Shown in pieces: positions 39,585-50,533 of a stretch of DNA of 64,000 nt. The DNA is from Patescibacteria group bacterium (GTDB taxonomy: Archaea > Nanobdellota > Nanobdellia > Pacearchaeales > GW2011-AR1). The position numbers and the translations under genes were made by a program. The DNA lies in the NCBI GenBank assembly GCA_019428815.1, contig JAHYJW010000001.1:47119-111118 (forward strand), given 5' to 3'. The notes beneath the pieces were generated by a model that saw only the letters and a list, made by a program, of their open reading frames with translations, was not told where the DNA came from and made no database searches. Position 1 is the stretch's first letter; each line of letters starts with the position of its first letter.

Positions 39585-40028
39585 TCAAATTTCTTTTTTA
39601 AAGAATTTTTTTATGATTTCTTTATGGCTGAAAGCAACGTTCATTTTCTCAATTTCTTCTTCATTAAACCATCCCCATTCAGAAACTTCCCAATTTATCT
39701 TTGGTCTTTCTTTTTTCGATACTTTAAATTCAAAAACGAGATTTAAACAATGAAAATTTAGTTTGTTATAAATTTCATCATAATAAAACAAAAATTTGGG
39801 ATTTTTTAAGTTCAACCCAATTTCCTCTTTAATTTCTCTTTTAATGGCATTTTCTGCACGTTCCCCAAATTTTATATGTCCCCCAGGTAAACACCACTTA
39901 CCACTCTCTATTAAAATCCTTTTACTTCTTTTTGTGAGTAATATTCGGGAGTGTTTAGAGTCCTGTTTATCTAAGATTATTCCTGAAACTGTACCTTTAG
40001 CACCAAATATTCTCATTAATCTTTTCAT
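39585..40028 (-). CDS. NUDIX hydrolase
   Basis: Nudix box GGHIKFGERAENAIKREIKEEIGL (GX5EX7REUXEEXGU). Confidence 0.8.
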   Translation of the reverse strand: MKRLMRIFGAKGTVSGIILDKQDSKHSRILLTKRSKRILIESGKWCLPGGHIKFGERAENAIKREIKEEIGLNLKNPKFLFYYDEIYNKLNFHCLNLVFEFKVSKKERPKINWEVSEWGWFNEEEIEKMNVAFSHKEIIKKFFKKEI

Positions 40029-40058
40029 TATTTAATCAAAGAACCCTAAAATTTAAAT

Positions 40059-40367
40059 TTACCTATAATCTCTCCAAATGGTTTTACATTTGGTACATTT
40101 AAAGAATTTTGTTTCAGCTTCATCTGAGGATCTTGTTTGCATTGTCCAAAAATATGCCTTTTTATTCCCACATTTTTTACATTCTTGTTCTATAATTGGA
40201 TGAACCTCAGAATCTTTTTCAGAAATAACATTAATCTTTTTTTTATCCTCGATTTTTTCAGAGGTTTTTAATTTTACTTTATTTTTTGAAAAATATTTAC
40301 ATCTGGGACAAGCATCTCTTTTCCTTTTTTGAACAAGAACCGCTCCGCATTTAGGACAAAATTCCAT
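40059..40367 (-). CDS. tfs: Transcription factor S (TFS) / RNAP subunit M-like
   Basis: N-terminal zinc ribbon CPKCG...CPRC. C-terminal TFIIS-type ribbon CKKCG...QTRSSDEAETKFFKCTKC. Confidence 0.8.
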   Translation of the reverse strand: MEFCPKCGAVLVQKRKRDACPRCKYFSKNKVKLKTSEKIEDKKKINVISEKDSEVHPIIEQECKKCGNKKAYFWTMQTRSSDEAETKFFKCTKCKTIWRDYR

Positions 40368-40503
40368 TATTTTTAATTTAACTATCTTTAAGTTTTTTAA
40401 CTCAAAGGACTTTCATTTAAATAATTTTTGTTTATCTCTTTTTTGTTTTAATTTAAGAAAACTAACTAAAATTTAGGATCTTATCACTAATCAAGTCCCA
40501 ATT

Positions 40504-41154
40504 TTAACAGAAACCTCTCTGTTCCGCCCCTTTTTGCCATTCATAAAATATTAGTTTAACCCATCCTGCATAGGGAACAATCTTAAATGCCGCTTTTCCG
40601 AGAACATTTTCTTCTGGGATATTCTTCTCAAAATTAAGTTGTTGAGGATTTGTTAGGTAATTATCTCCAAATGTTGAAAATACTCTTTTTCCTTCTACCT
40701 CCTTAATTTCTACGATTCTATGAATTATGGGATATCTTTGATTTGCATCAAAAATTATTACATCTCCTACCTCTAATTTTTCAGGGTTTGCTCGTATAAC
40801 AAATAAAATATCTCCTTTTGTAAACCCTCTCTTTAAAGAAAAATCTAAAAAATCTTCTTTATCGATATCAAAATGAGAGTATGTTTCTTCTCTATTTTCC
40901 CACCAGGAATCAAGGCTTGAAAATAATCCCCCAGTATGATGCATACTGCAAGATTCTACTATTGCAAGAGGTATGGGTGTCCCTGTAATTAATATTAAAA
41001 AAGGAAAAAATACAAAACGTATAAATATAAACAAGAAAATTACAGAAAAAATCCATCCTTTAAAACTATCATCTTTCCAGAGAAGATACCAAAAATCTTT
41101 TAATAACTTTTTTATGCTGTTATTTTTTTTCAACCCCTTTTTTATTTTATTCAT
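40504..41154 (-). CDS. Signal peptidase I (archaeal/eukaryal Sec11 type)
   Basis: N-terminal TM then VESCSMHHTGG (catalytic Ser region). GDVIIFDANQRYPIIHRIV is a conserved box. Confidence 0.55.
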   Translation of the reverse strand: MNKIKKGLKKNNSIKKLLKDFWYLLWKDDSFKGWIFSVIFLFIFIRFVFFPFLILITGTPIPLAIVESCSMHHTGGLFSSLDSWWENREETYSHFDIDKEDFLDFSLKRGFTKGDILFVIRANPEKLEVGDVIIFDANQRYPIIHRIVEIKEVEGKRVFSTFGDNYLTNPQQLNFEKNIPEENVLGKAAFKIVPYAGWVKLIFYEWQKGAEQRGFC

Positions 41155-41296
41155 TATTATAACACCGAATACTGGTTTTTAAAATAATCGAAACATTTAA
41201 ATAGTATATATTTGTCTGTGTATACAGAGTGTATATCCCGAAGAGGATAACGACTAAAATAATCTATGATCACCCGAATTAACCTCTTTTCAACTC

Positions 41297-41317
41297 AACC
41301 GTGTCTAAGACACGGTT
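41297..41317. repeat. Perfect 21-bp palindrome AACCGTGTCTAAGACACGGTT followed by T-run, in divergent intergenic region
   Basis: 10-bp arms with a 1-nt centre. GC-rich relative to flanks. Lies between the signal peptidase gene and the Zn-ribbon/AbrB gene. Nearby repeated GTGTATAC elements (41225-41245). Confidence 0.5.
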
Positions 41318-41361
41318 TTATGATAAATAAATTTGAATAACATAAAAATAAAAAATAACCC

Positions 41362-41784
41362 ATGAAAGATATTTTTGATAATACAATTCTTTGTAGTAAA
41401 TGTAATCTTAAAATGAATCCTTCAAAGATAAATAAAAATGGTTTTATTATGAGAACGGTAATCTGCCCAAACTGTCATGAAAAGATTATTCATCCAGCAG
41501 ATGAACAAGAATACAACAAATTTATAAATTTAAAAAATAAGGAGTTTAGGGTCAAAATGAGACTTGTAGGAAATAGTTATACTGTTTCAATTCCCAAAGA
41601 GATAGTCTCTTTTATTAGAGAACAAGAAAAAATGATGGACGATATGGTTCAGCTTTGTTTTGAAGACTTTAGGAGATTAAGTCTGAATTTTGGTTCAATG
41701 AACCGATTTGTTCCAGAAACCCTTAGCTCATTAAAAAATGAAGACTTTAATAGGCTAAAAAATAAAAATAAAAACTTGTTATAA
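41362..41784 (+). CDS. Zinc-ribbon + SpoVT/AbrB-like domain protein
   Basis: CSKCN...CPNCH ribbon. FRVKMRLVGNSYTVSIPKEIVSFIR resembles the AbrB/MazE swapped-hairpin (VGNSxxVxIPKEI). Confidence 0.4.
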   Translation: MKDIFDNTILCSKCNLKMNPSKINKNGFIMRTVICPNCHEKIIHPADEQEYNKFINLKNKEFRVKMRLVGNSYTVSIPKEIVSFIREQEKMMDDMVQLCFEDFRRLSLNFGSMNRFVPETLSSLKNEDFNRLKNKNKNLL

Positions 41785-41804
41785 AATAAAATTTAAAAAT
41801 AAAA

Positions 41805-44144
41805 ATGGCAGAAAAAAAAGAAATAACCCTTAAGGTTGTAGAAGCTCATCAAGACGATGCCTATAAAGGCGTTGCAAGAATAGATGGCGAGATAATGAGA
41901 GAGTTGAATATTAAGAGGGGGGATGTTATAAAAATAAAGGGGAATAGAGAAACTGTTGCTATTGCTGATAGGGCTTATCCTGTTGATGTTGGTGAAGGTA
42001 TAATCAGAATTGATGGAATATTAAGGAAAAATGCTAAGACAGGTGTTGGAGAGATGGTTAAAGTTTCAAAAGTTGAAGTTAAAGAAGCAAAAAAAATAAT
42101 CATTGCCCCTACTCAAAAAAATATAATGGTCCAAGCTGATCCTGAAAGTTTAAAGAGGGGTTTGTTAGGCCGAATTGTAATAAAAGGGGATGTTGTTATT
42201 CTTGGAGGCGTCCAAAGAAGAAGAGACCTTTTATCTGAAGGATTTGGTTCTGATTTTGGGGATGTATTTGGAGATTTATTTGGGAGTATGGGCTTAGGTT
42301 TTGGACAATTAGGCGGCGGAGTAACACAAATAAAATTTTTAGTTGTTAGTACAAATCCTAGTTCCCCTCAACCAGTAATAATTACCGAAAATACTCAAGT
42401 GATATTAAATCCAAAAGCAATTGAAGTAAATGAAGAAACTCTTCCGGAGATAAACTATGAAGATATTGGAGGATTAAATGATGAAATTAAAAAAATAAGA
42501 GAGATGGTTGAAATTCCATTAAAACACCCTGAGATTTTTCAAAGACTTTCTATAGAACCTCCAAGAGGGGTTTTGTTACATGGTCCTCCGGGAACAGGTA
42601 AAACTTTGCTAGCTAAAGCAGTTGCAAAAGAATCAGAAGCTAATTTTGTATTACTTAATGGACCAGAGATTATGAGTAAGTTTTATGGCGAATCTGAAAA
42701 AAAGATAAGAGACATTTTTGAAGAAGCAGAGAAAACTGCTCCAACAATTATCTTCATTGATGAAATTGATGCTATCGCTCCTAAAAGAGAAGAAGTTACC
42801 GGTGAGGTTGAGCGACGTGTTGTTTCTCAATTACTTACTATGATGGATGGACTGAAATCTAGAGGTAAAGTAATTGTTATTGGTGCGACCAACAGGGTCA
42901 ATTCAATTGATCCAGCTTTAAGACGTCCCGGACGTTTTGATAGAGAAATAGTTATTAATGTCCCTGGAAAAGAAGGTAGACTTTCAATTTTGAAAATTCA
43001 TTCAAGAGGGATGCCTCTTACTAAAGATGTGAACCTTGAAGAGATTGCTTCATTAACCCATGGTTTTGTTGGAGCAGATTTAGAATCTTTATGTAAAGAG
43101 ACTGCTATGACTGTATTAAGAAAAATACTTCCTAAAATGAATCTTGATGCAGAAGAAGAAGTTTCTCCAGAACTTCTTAATAAGTTGATAATTAGAAGAG
43201 CTGATTTTTTAGAGGCATTAAAAGTTGTTAGACCTAGTGCAATGAGAGAAGTTTTAGTTGAAACTCCTAATGTTGGTTGGGATGAGGTTGGGGGGTTAGA
43301 AAAAATTAAAGAAGAACTTCGTGAGGCAGTTGAATGGCCATTGAAACATCCTGAAACTTTTAAGAGGATGGGAATAAGACCTTCCAGAGGAATTTTACTT
43401 TATGGTCCTCCGGGAACAGGTAAAACTTTATTAGCTAAAGCAGTTGCAAAAGAATCAGAAGCTAATTTTATCCAAATGAAAGGCCCAAGTTTACTTAGTA
43501 TGTGGGTCGGAAAATCTGAAGAAGGAATGAGAAAAGTTTTTGAAAGAGCAAGACAAGTTAGTCCTTGTGTTGTTTTCTTTGATGAATTAGATTCTTTAGC
43601 AGGTAAAAGGGGGGTGGAATCTGGAACAAAAGTCACAGAGAGAGTTTTAAATCAACTTCTTGCGGAAATGGATGGTCTTGAAGATTTAAACGATGTTCTT
43701 GTTATTGGTGCAACAAATAGACCAGACATGTTAGACCCCGCAGTTTTAAGACCTGGGAGATTTGATAGAGTTCTTTTAGTTGGAGCACCTGAAGAGGCAG
43801 GTAGAGAACAGATACTTAAAGTTCATACAAAAAATATGCCTTTAGGAGACGGAAAGAAAGCATTCACACAAGAAAAAAAAGAATTATTTTTGAAATCACT
43901 TGCTAAAAAGTTAGAAGGTTATACTGGTGCAGATATTGAGGCATTTGTAAGAGAAGCAGCATTAGTTTCTTTAAGAATATCCAAAGAGGCCCAATTTGTA
44001 CAGCCAGAACATTTTGAAGAATCCTTGAAGAGAATTAAACCAAGTGTTAGTAAAGGTGTTTTGGACGTGTATAAAAAAATAGAAGAAAGTTTTCTAAAAT
44101 CTGCTAAAACAGCGATTCCTATAGGTGGAAGTTATTACGGATAA
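41805..44144 (+). CDS. cdc48: CDC48/VCP-type AAA+ ATPase (two AAA domains)
   Basis: Two GPPGTGKT Walker A motifs, each with a following Walker B (IIFIDEID / VVFFDELD). N-terminal double-psi barrel region. 779 aa. Confidence 0.9.
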   Translation: MAEKKEITLKVVEAHQDDAYKGVARIDGEIMRELNIKRGDVIKIKGNRETVAIADRAYPVDVGEGIIRIDGILRKNAKTGVGEMVKVSKVEVKEAKKIIIAPTQKNIMVQADPESLKRGLLGRIVIKGDVVILGGVQRRRDLLSEGFGSDFGDVFGDLFGSMGLGFGQLGGGVTQIKFLVVSTNPSSPQPVIITENTQVILNPKAIEVNEETLPEINYEDIGGLNDEIKKIREMVEIPLKHPEIFQRLSIEPPRGVLLHGPPGTGKTLLAKAVAKESEANFVLLNGPEIMSKFYGESEKKIRDIFEEAEKTAPTIIFIDEIDAIAPKREEVTGEVERRVVSQLLTMMDGLKSRGKVIVIGATNRVNSIDPALRRPGRFDREIVINVPGKEGRLSILKIHSRGMPLTKDVNLEEIASLTHGFVGADLESLCKETAMTVLRKILPKMNLDAEEEVSPELLNKLIIRRADFLEALKVVRPSAMREVLVETPNVGWDEVGGLEKIKEELREAVEWPLKHPETFKRMGIRPSRGILLYGPPGTGKTLLAKAVAKESEANFIQMKGPSLLSMWVGKSEEGMRKVFERARQVSPCVVFFDELDSLAGKRGVESGTKVTERVLNQLLAEMDGLEDLNDVLVIGATNRPDMLDPAVLRPGRFDRVLLVGAPEEAGREQILKVHTKNMPLGDGKKAFTQEKKELFLKSLAKKLEGYTGADIEAFVREAALVSLRISKEAQFVQPEHFEESLKRIKPSVSKGVLDVYKKIEESFLKSAKTAIPIGGSYYG

Positions 44145-44201
44145 TAACTAATTTTTAGATAATAGTTGATCTTTTGAATAATTACCAATCTTTTATAGGG
44201 A

Positions 44202-45110
44202 TTATTCTGTTGTTATAATCACTTTGCCATTCTTATCAATAAGAATTGTGTGTTCTGTTTGGCTAACCCTTGAATCTGAAATCTCAATTAATTCAGGGAA
44301 TTGATACAAATTTCCATTTTCTTCTAATTGTTTTAAACCAAAAATTGCTTTGCTCCCAATTTTTTTAACAATCCATCGTGAACAAAAGGGGAGAGTATTG
44401 TATTCATTTATTATTAAACTTAAAACTTCTCTTGCTATTGGACTTCTAACATTTTTTTCACTTTTTAATTCATAAATTCCCGAGGGTTTCCCATCATGAA
44501 CTTTTCCAGATCCATTAGTAGCGAAAGGTTCAATTGCGTAAAGTCCAGGTTCTAACTCTAAATCTATACTGGTTTCTATATTTGGAATTGATATCCCGGA
44601 ATGAAGGTTGTATTGTTCCATACTATGCCCAGTTAAGTTTATTACAGGAAAAAAATTGTTTGATTCTATTGTTTTAGATATTTCTGTTCCAATTTCAGTT
44701 AAGTTTACACTAAGATTATTCTCTAGTTTTTCCTTAATTAATTTAATAGAATTTTCTAATGCATCTTGACTCGCTTTAATCAATCTTTTATTTTCTTCAT
44801 TGTTTTCTAAGTCCACAGAAAAGGCATTATCTGCAGTCCATCCATCAATATGAACCCCAAAGTCAATTTTTAAAAGACCTTTTGAGAGAGTTTTATCATC
44901 ATAAGAGGGGGTATAATGTGCTGCAACATTATCTATGCTTAGGGTTGTGGGAAAAGCGGGTTTTCCACCTAATTCAAAAATTTTAGATTCTATTTTTTCT
45001 ACAATTTCAATTAATGGAGTGTCTTTTTTGATAATTCCTCTTGCATAATCCCGAACTTCTGAAGCGATTTTTCCTGCTTTTATTATTTTTTCTTTTTTAG
45101 ACGATTCCAT
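44202..45110 (-). CDS. map: Methionine aminopeptidase type 2 (archaeal)
   Basis: Pita-bread fold motifs (AGKIASEV, DNVAAHYTP, H...E metal ligands). 302 aa. Confidence 0.75.
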   Translation of the reverse strand: MESSKKEKIIKAGKIASEVRDYARGIIKKDTPLIEIVEKIESKIFELGGKPAFPTTLSIDNVAAHYTPSYDDKTLSKGLLKIDFGVHIDGWTADNAFSVDLENNEENKRLIKASQDALENSIKLIKEKLENNLSVNLTEIGTEISKTIESNNFFPVINLTGHSMEQYNLHSGISIPNIETSIDLELEPGLYAIEPFATNGSGKVHDGKPSGIYELKSEKNVRSPIAREVLSLIINEYNTLPFCSRWIVKKIGSKAIFGLKQLEENGNLYQFPELIEISDSRVSQTEHTILIDKNGKVIITTE

Positions 45111-45153
45111 AATTTTATTATTTAAAAGTATTTTATAAGTCTTTTTGAATTGT

Positions 45154-45633
45154 TTAATTTTTTTCTTTAAGTCTTCTACTTTTTGGTATAAAATTTCCTA
45201 TTTTTTCATTAGAAGCCTTTCCACATCCTAAAAAATCTTCTTTGTATTTTATTATTAAAAATCCTTTTTTTCCTGTTGATATCTGAAGATCTTGTCCTTT
45301 CATCCACATCTCAAGCATGTCTTCGGGTAATTCAAAGATATTTTTCCTTATTTGTTCTTTTAAAATTTGGGCCCCCTCTATGCTTAACTTTATTCCTTCT
45401 TCTATAAACTTTGCAAAATAAATTCCTAATCTTTCAACGATTACTTCACTTTCTATTTCTTTTATCTCTTTTTCATCTAAATTTCCTGAAAATAAAAAAA
45501 GTCTTTCTTTGCCTCTTTGAACTAAAATACCTGGAATTTTTTGAATTCCAAATTGTTCTTCTAATTCTTTCTCAATTCTTTTCTTTTCTTTTGAATTTAG
45601 TATTCTAAGAGGCGTGAAATTTTGTGAGTTCAT
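45154..45633 (-). CDS. NIP7-like / PUA-domain protein, co-operonic with NSUN methyltransferase
   Basis: 159 aa with a pre-PUA region and C-terminal PUA-like segment. Directly upstream of Nop2/Sun, as in the conserved archaeal pairing. Confidence 0.4.
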   Translation of the reverse strand: MNSQNFTPLRILNSKEKKRIEKELEEQFGIQKIPGILVQRGKERLFLFSGNLDEKEIKEIESEVIVERLGIYFAKFIEEGIKLSIEGAQILKEQIRKNIFELPEDMLEMWMKGQDLQISTGKKGFLIIKYKEDFLGCGKASNEKIGNFIPKSRRLKEKN

Positions 45634-45697
45634 ATTAATTTTTATTTATTTTTTGTTTATCATTTATTAAATGTTATTTCTCTTTAGTCTTTTTTGA

Positions 45698-46675
45698 TTA
45701 TTTAATCTTTTTTATTTTAGTAATGAAAAACCCCTCGGTGTTATTATCTTGGGGATAGATTCTACAACACTTAACCACATCTGGGTGGTAATCTTTTCCC
45801 CTCCAACTTTTTATTCCGGGCCTATAAAATACTGGTAAATCTAATTTTTCAATTACTAACTCTTTTTCAAATCTATTTAAAATGAAACTTATTACCTCTT
45901 CATTTTCTTCAGGGGCATGGGTGCAGGTACTATAAACTATCTCTCCTTTAGGTTTAAGAATTTCTAAAGCATTAATCAAAAGATTTTTTTGAATTCCTGA
46001 AAGTTTTTTTATTGTTCTGATATTCCAGATTTTGGAAGTGAGAGAACTACTCCTTAAGGTTCCTTCTCCAGAACAAGGAGCATCTATAAGGATTTTGTCA
46101 AATAAAAAACCTGATTTTTTAAATTTTTTACAAAGCGAAGCTCCTTCTTTTTTAGTGATCATAAGATTCATAACACCACAACGTTCTGAATTTGAAGCAA
46201 GGATTTTTATTCTCCCTAAACTTATTTCATTTGCAATTAAGGTTCCTTTATTTTGCATTTCTGAAGCTATTTGAGTTGTTTTAGAACCAGGAGCAGCGCA
46301 CATATCAAGAATGAATTGATTAGGTTTAGGGTTTAAAGCAATAACAGGTAACATGCTTGAAATTTCTTGGATATAATAATAACCCAGTAAGTGTTCTAAA
46401 CTTCTTCCTAGTTCTCCAGGATTTAAACTTGTTTTACCATTGCCTCCTTTAATAACCATTATCTCTGGATTTGATTTAAATGGCTGTTCAACTTCCCACC
46501 CTTTTGATATTAAACGTATTTTTAGTTTTTCAGGAGAAATCTTTAAGGTATTACATCTAATCGATCTCTGAGGTTCTTCTTTTAAAACGTTTAGATAATT
46601 TTGAAAATCTTTTTCGTCCTCAAGAATGTTCTTCATCCTTTCAACAAAAAGGGGTTTTAATTCATGTTTTCGCAT
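45698..46675 (-). CDS. NOL1/NOP2/Sun-family RNA cytosine-C5 methyltransferase
   Basis: SAM motif DMCAAPGSKT. Catalytic motifs IDAPCSG and TCT(H). Confidence 0.85.
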   Translation of the reverse strand: MRKHELKPLFVERMKNILEDEKDFQNYLNVLKEEPQRSIRCNTLKISPEKLKIRLISKGWEVEQPFKSNPEIMVIKGGNGKTSLNPGELGRSLEHLLGYYYIQEISSMLPVIALNPKPNQFILDMCAAPGSKTTQIASEMQNKGTLIANEISLGRIKILASNSERCGVMNLMITKKEGASLCKKFKKSGFLFDKILIDAPCSGEGTLRSSSLTSKIWNIRTIKKLSGIQKNLLINALEILKPKGEIVYSTCTHAPEENEEVISFILNRFEKELVIEKLDLPVFYRPGIKSWRGKDYHPDVVKCCRIYPQDNNTEGFFITKIKKIK

Positions 46676-46724
46676 ATTTTCTTTTTTATTTTCTATCTTT
46701 TTTTATTTTCTATTCCTTTGATTA

Positions 46725-47345
46725 TTATTTCTTAATTTTTTTTGATTTTTCTTTTATAAAAACAAAAGGTAGTAAGATGTCGCTTATACAGCAAGGGATT
46801 ATTACCGATAAGAATACAATAAAAAACCCCCCAATAAAATAAGCGATATTAAATGAATTACTAAATGCTAGAATGTAAAATAAACTCGCAAAAACAGATA
46901 AGAATACATGAATAAAATGTGGAATTTTTGTTATTCTAGTTTTCATCCCAATAAAACCACCTAATAGGGATATTCCTAAAATAATAAATGGCATTTCTAA
47001 TAAAGGAAGGTGAAAGTTAATTTGAAGTCCAATCATGTTTCCTCCAACCCAAGGAAGTAAGATATCGCTTAAACTTCCCATGAAAATCGCTCCAAAAGTT
47101 CCTATAAGAATAGAAGTAAGAGGATTTTTTTTGTATTTATAATAAATTCCTGAAGTAACAATTGCGGACATGATAACGTGCAAGAAGTGTATTGATTCAA
47201 ATAATCCCCCTGAAATCTCTTTTTTAGACCAATATAAACAAAAAATCGTTATGATTATCCCTGTTAAAGTTGCAAGAATTGTAAAGGGTATGTGTTCTTT
47301 CAGTTCAATTAAGAAATTTTTTAACTTAAAATTTTTTTTATTCAT
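46725..47345 (-). CDS. Hypothetical polytopic membrane protein
   Basis: About 6 TM helices. No motif. Confidence 0.35.
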   Translation of the reverse strand: MNKKNFKLKNFLIELKEHIPFTILATLTGIIITIFCLYWSKKEISGGLFESIHFLHVIMSAIVTSGIYYKYKKNPLTSILIGTFGAIFMGSLSDILLPWVGGNMIGLQINFHLPLLEMPFIILGISLLGGFIGMKTRITKIPHFIHVFLSVFASLFYILAFSNSFNIAYFIGGFFIVFLSVIIPCCISDILLPFVFIKEKSKKIKK

Positions 47346-47349
47346 TATA

Positions 47350-49815
47350 TTAAAAATCCCCTAATTTTGTTTGTTTTTTTCCTTCAGCTATCTCATTAAT
47401 GTCTATATCAAATACCTGAAAGATATTCTCAACAGAAGGTATTAATTGATTTTTTAAATAGTATTTAATGTCATAGTTCCCTTCTTCTTGAGGTAATTTT
47501 ACTCCATCTCTTACAAGCTTCTTTTTTCCTTGAGATTCTGCAATAAAATATTCTATTACATTTCCTTGACTTATAGGGATATTCCTTTCTTTCATCCTTC
47601 TTGCAGCTATAACATGTGGGGATATTGCTTTATACTCTAAAAGGGGTTTTTTTAATTGAGTCTTAATAATTAAATCTTCTTTATTTACGCCTCTTTTTTT
47701 TATTTGATTTATAACCTCTTTAAGATATTCTAAAGACTTTTTTTCGTTTCCTTCCTCAAGGACGTGTTTTATAACATTATTTTGAACTTTTCTTGCGAGA
47801 TTACACCAGTCTCTTCTTACGGTTTCAAAACCTCTTATTTTAAGTTTTTTATTTTCATCAATTAATGCATATTTCTTTTTTGCACCTATTTTTCCGGTTC
47901 TTTTTGTTACCCAAATCCCTCTTTTAAAAAATCCTTCAAGTTCTAGTTCCATTATTCCTGGAAGTCTTTTATTTAATTCTTTTAAAAAAGATAATGCTTC
48001 TGTTTTGGACCTTTTATTTAAAAGAAAAGAAATTGAATCGGTATCACTATAGATTGTTGTGTATCCTGCATTATTTATTTCATCTATTGTTTTCTTTGAC
48101 CATATTCTTCCAATTGCAGTTGCTGCTCCAGAGGCTTCTGGGCAATAATACCTTGCTCCGAAAAAACCCATGTACCCATAAGAAGCATTTGCAAGAAGTT
48201 TATACGCATTACTTCTAGCCCTTTTCATCGCGTCTGGTTTTTCACTCAATTCTTTTTTGTACTTTTTTCTTTTTTCTATAATCTCTTTTAACATCTGAGG
48301 AAAAAATCCGGGTTTTTTTGAGAAATAAACTTTTTTTCCTAATACTTCAATTTCAGTTGAATTTTCAATTTTTTTTTCTAATAATGTAGACCTTGAGAGA
48401 TTGTAAGTTACAATTATACTTGGCCAAAAACTTGTAAAATCAAAAAAGGCAATATCCTCATATAATCCCGGAGTGGGTTCAAATACAAATGCTCCTTCAT
48501 ACCTTTCTCTTTGTCTTCTTTGTAGAATCTCATCATGAATCGGCCTTTTTTCAGGGATCTCATTAAACTTTTTTAAATTATGAATGATATAATCTTCTAC
48601 ATTTGCAGACATCCCATTCCTCGAAATATCAAAAATCGGTTCCTGCATTATCTTCGTAAATTCTAATAAATCTGGCCAAATTTTATCAAATAATTTTGAA
48701 GTGAGGACTGAATCTTGTAAATTATATTCGTAATAATCTTCCCAATTATGGTCTTCTATCAATGAAGAATGTTTTATCTTAAAATTTTTCTTTTCTTCAC
48801 CAAGGAACTCTTTAGAAACCTCATTCAAAGACATAGTTTCTGATTGCATATACGGGGAATACGCTGTTTGTATAAATTTAAGTAAATCAATATGAACAAT
48901 CCCTAAAACCTTTCCTGTAAATATCCCTCCTGTTCTTCCTCTAGAAAATTTAGGTTGACTTCCATCTAAACCAATTTCTAATGGAACTTTTAATTTTTCT
49001 GCTCTAGCTCGGAGATAAGGTAGATCAAAACCATCTGAAAAATATCCTACAAGAAAATCAGGAGAGATCTCTTTAACATGTTTTATAAAAGCTCTTAAAA
49101 GCTCTTCTTCATCTTTTACATATTCGATATTCCCCCAATCTTTTTCTTTATTTCCTGATTTTTTCCAAGTTATAACTTTTTTAAAATTATCAGAGACTAG
49201 AGATATCATGAGTATTTCTCCTTCTCCGATTTTTATATCATCTGTTTCAATATCGTAAGAAAGAGATTTTGGTTTGAAATTCTCGTTTTCTATAGGTTTG
49301 ACTTTCTGTAGTTCTATACATAAATCAACGTCTAAGTTTTCAATTCCCGGAAATTTCCCATTTGCGATATCTCCTTGGATTTCATACCAACAAAGTGGCT
49401 TAATGTCTTTTTCTAGTATATAATGTGTAATAAACCCTAAATCATAACCTCTTCTAAACTCAATTTCTGGGAAATTTAATTCACTAGCAATCTCATGTAG
49501 ATCCTTGTAATTTGTACAGAATATCTTTAATGCTTTGACTGGTTTTTCGAGAAAATTTTTATCGTGTACCTCTACAGACTCTACTTTTGTTTTCCTTCCC
49601 TTTGTATCTAACTGAATCTCTTTTATTCTTTTAATGATTTTGTCTAACCTTTTTTGGTTTATTTTTTCATTTAAAATTGCCCAAAAGTAGACATCACAAG
49701 AATCAAGAATACATACCCTTTTTCCTTTACTATTTCTGCCGATTATCCTGATATAATTCCTTCCTTGAAAATCAAAAGAATCATACTCTATAGGAATAAA
49801 ATCTGAGGTTATCAT
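47350..49815 (-). CDS. polB: DNA polymerase, family B
   Basis: Exo I YDIETD. Pol motif C IYSDTDS. Pol motif A region with DFTSFWPSII-like sequence. 821 aa, no inteins. Confidence 0.9.
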   Translation of the reverse strand: MITSDFIPIEYDSFDFQGRNYIRIIGRNSKGKRVCILDSCDVYFWAILNEKINQKRLDKIIKRIKEIQLDTKGRKTKVESVEVHDKNFLEKPVKALKIFCTNYKDLHEIASELNFPEIEFRRGYDLGFITHYILEKDIKPLCWYEIQGDIANGKFPGIENLDVDLCIELQKVKPIENENFKPKSLSYDIETDDIKIGEGEILMISLVSDNFKKVITWKKSGNKEKDWGNIEYVKDEEELLRAFIKHVKEISPDFLVGYFSDGFDLPYLRARAEKLKVPLEIGLDGSQPKFSRGRTGGIFTGKVLGIVHIDLLKFIQTAYSPYMQSETMSLNEVSKEFLGEEKKNFKIKHSSLIEDHNWEDYYEYNLQDSVLTSKLFDKIWPDLLEFTKIMQEPIFDISRNGMSANVEDYIIHNLKKFNEIPEKRPIHDEILQRRQRERYEGAFVFEPTPGLYEDIAFFDFTSFWPSIIVTYNLSRSTLLEKKIENSTEIEVLGKKVYFSKKPGFFPQMLKEIIEKRKKYKKELSEKPDAMKRARSNAYKLLANASYGYMGFFGARYYCPEASGAATAIGRIWSKKTIDEINNAGYTTIYSDTDSISFLLNKRSKTEALSFLKELNKRLPGIMELELEGFFKRGIWVTKRTGKIGAKKKYALIDENKKLKIRGFETVRRDWCNLARKVQNNVIKHVLEEGNEKKSLEYLKEVINQIKKRGVNKEDLIIKTQLKKPLLEYKAISPHVIAARRMKERNIPISQGNVIEYFIAESQGKKKLVRDGVKLPQEEGNYDIKYYLKNQLIPSVENIFQVFDIDINEIAEGKKQTKLGDF

Positions 49816-49912
49816 AAAACTTTTAGTTTTTTTAATTATTTAAAACTTGGGAGAAATTAAATTCCTAGATTAACAATAAGATTTATATACCCTTACTTAG
49901 TAGCTACAATAT

Positions 49913-50503
49913 ATGACAAAATATACAACTAAAAGAAATGATAATTTGAATTTAGAAAGTTTAAGTGAACACTATCAGGAATTGGAAAAGAAAAGAGTAA
50001 CTGCTCTTGAAAATAAAGTTCCTTTAGATTACTTTAATTTTTGTGAAGAACTAGGAATTTCTTCAGACAACTTAGAAGATCCTCATCTTTATGAACAAGG
50101 CCTTTTAGAAAAACAGTTAACCCAAGAGGGATATAACCAGAGTTTTAGAGAAAATAATTATCATCAGATTAAAGGTTCCTCTGATTGTAGGATTAAAATT
50201 AGTAAAAGGGGGCAATATGATTTAGAAAAAGTTCTTTGGGAAACTTTTAGTTCTTTTTCAGAATGTCAAAGCGGGGAATCTGTTACAAGTAAAGAATTAG
50301 ATATTAAACTAAGAAATCTCCAAAAATTGAACTTTCTTTATGGGCCTTATTCTCATTTAAAGAAAAAAGAAAAATGGCATCTTTTTAGGCAAATTAGAGC
50401 AATACTTTATGATATGGCAGATAGGATAGGGTACCTGGGGATTATAGATGCAGCAAAAAAAACTAATGATCCTAAAAGAGAAGAAGAAATTAAGTATAGA
50501 TAA
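49913..50503 (+). CDS. Hypothetical protein
   Basis: 196 aa, no motif. Divergent from polB. Confidence 0.35.
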   Translation: MTKYTTKRNDNLNLESLSEHYQELEKKRVTALENKVPLDYFNFCEELGISSDNLEDPHLYEQGLLEKQLTQEGYNQSFRENNYHQIKGSSDCRIKISKRGQYDLEKVLWETFSSFSECQSGESVTSKELDIKLRNLQKLNFLYGPYSHLKKKEKWHLFRQIRAILYDMADRIGYLGIIDAAKKTNDPKREEEIKYR

Positions 50504-50533
50504 TTATTTATATATTCTATAGTTAGTTATACT

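Noticed and set aside
41155-41361. C/D-box or H/ACA small RNA
   Set aside because: ATGATCA/TGATAA-like strings are present but there is no canonical RUGAUGA...CUGA pairing with terminal stem. Retained only as a palindrome-containing regulatory region.
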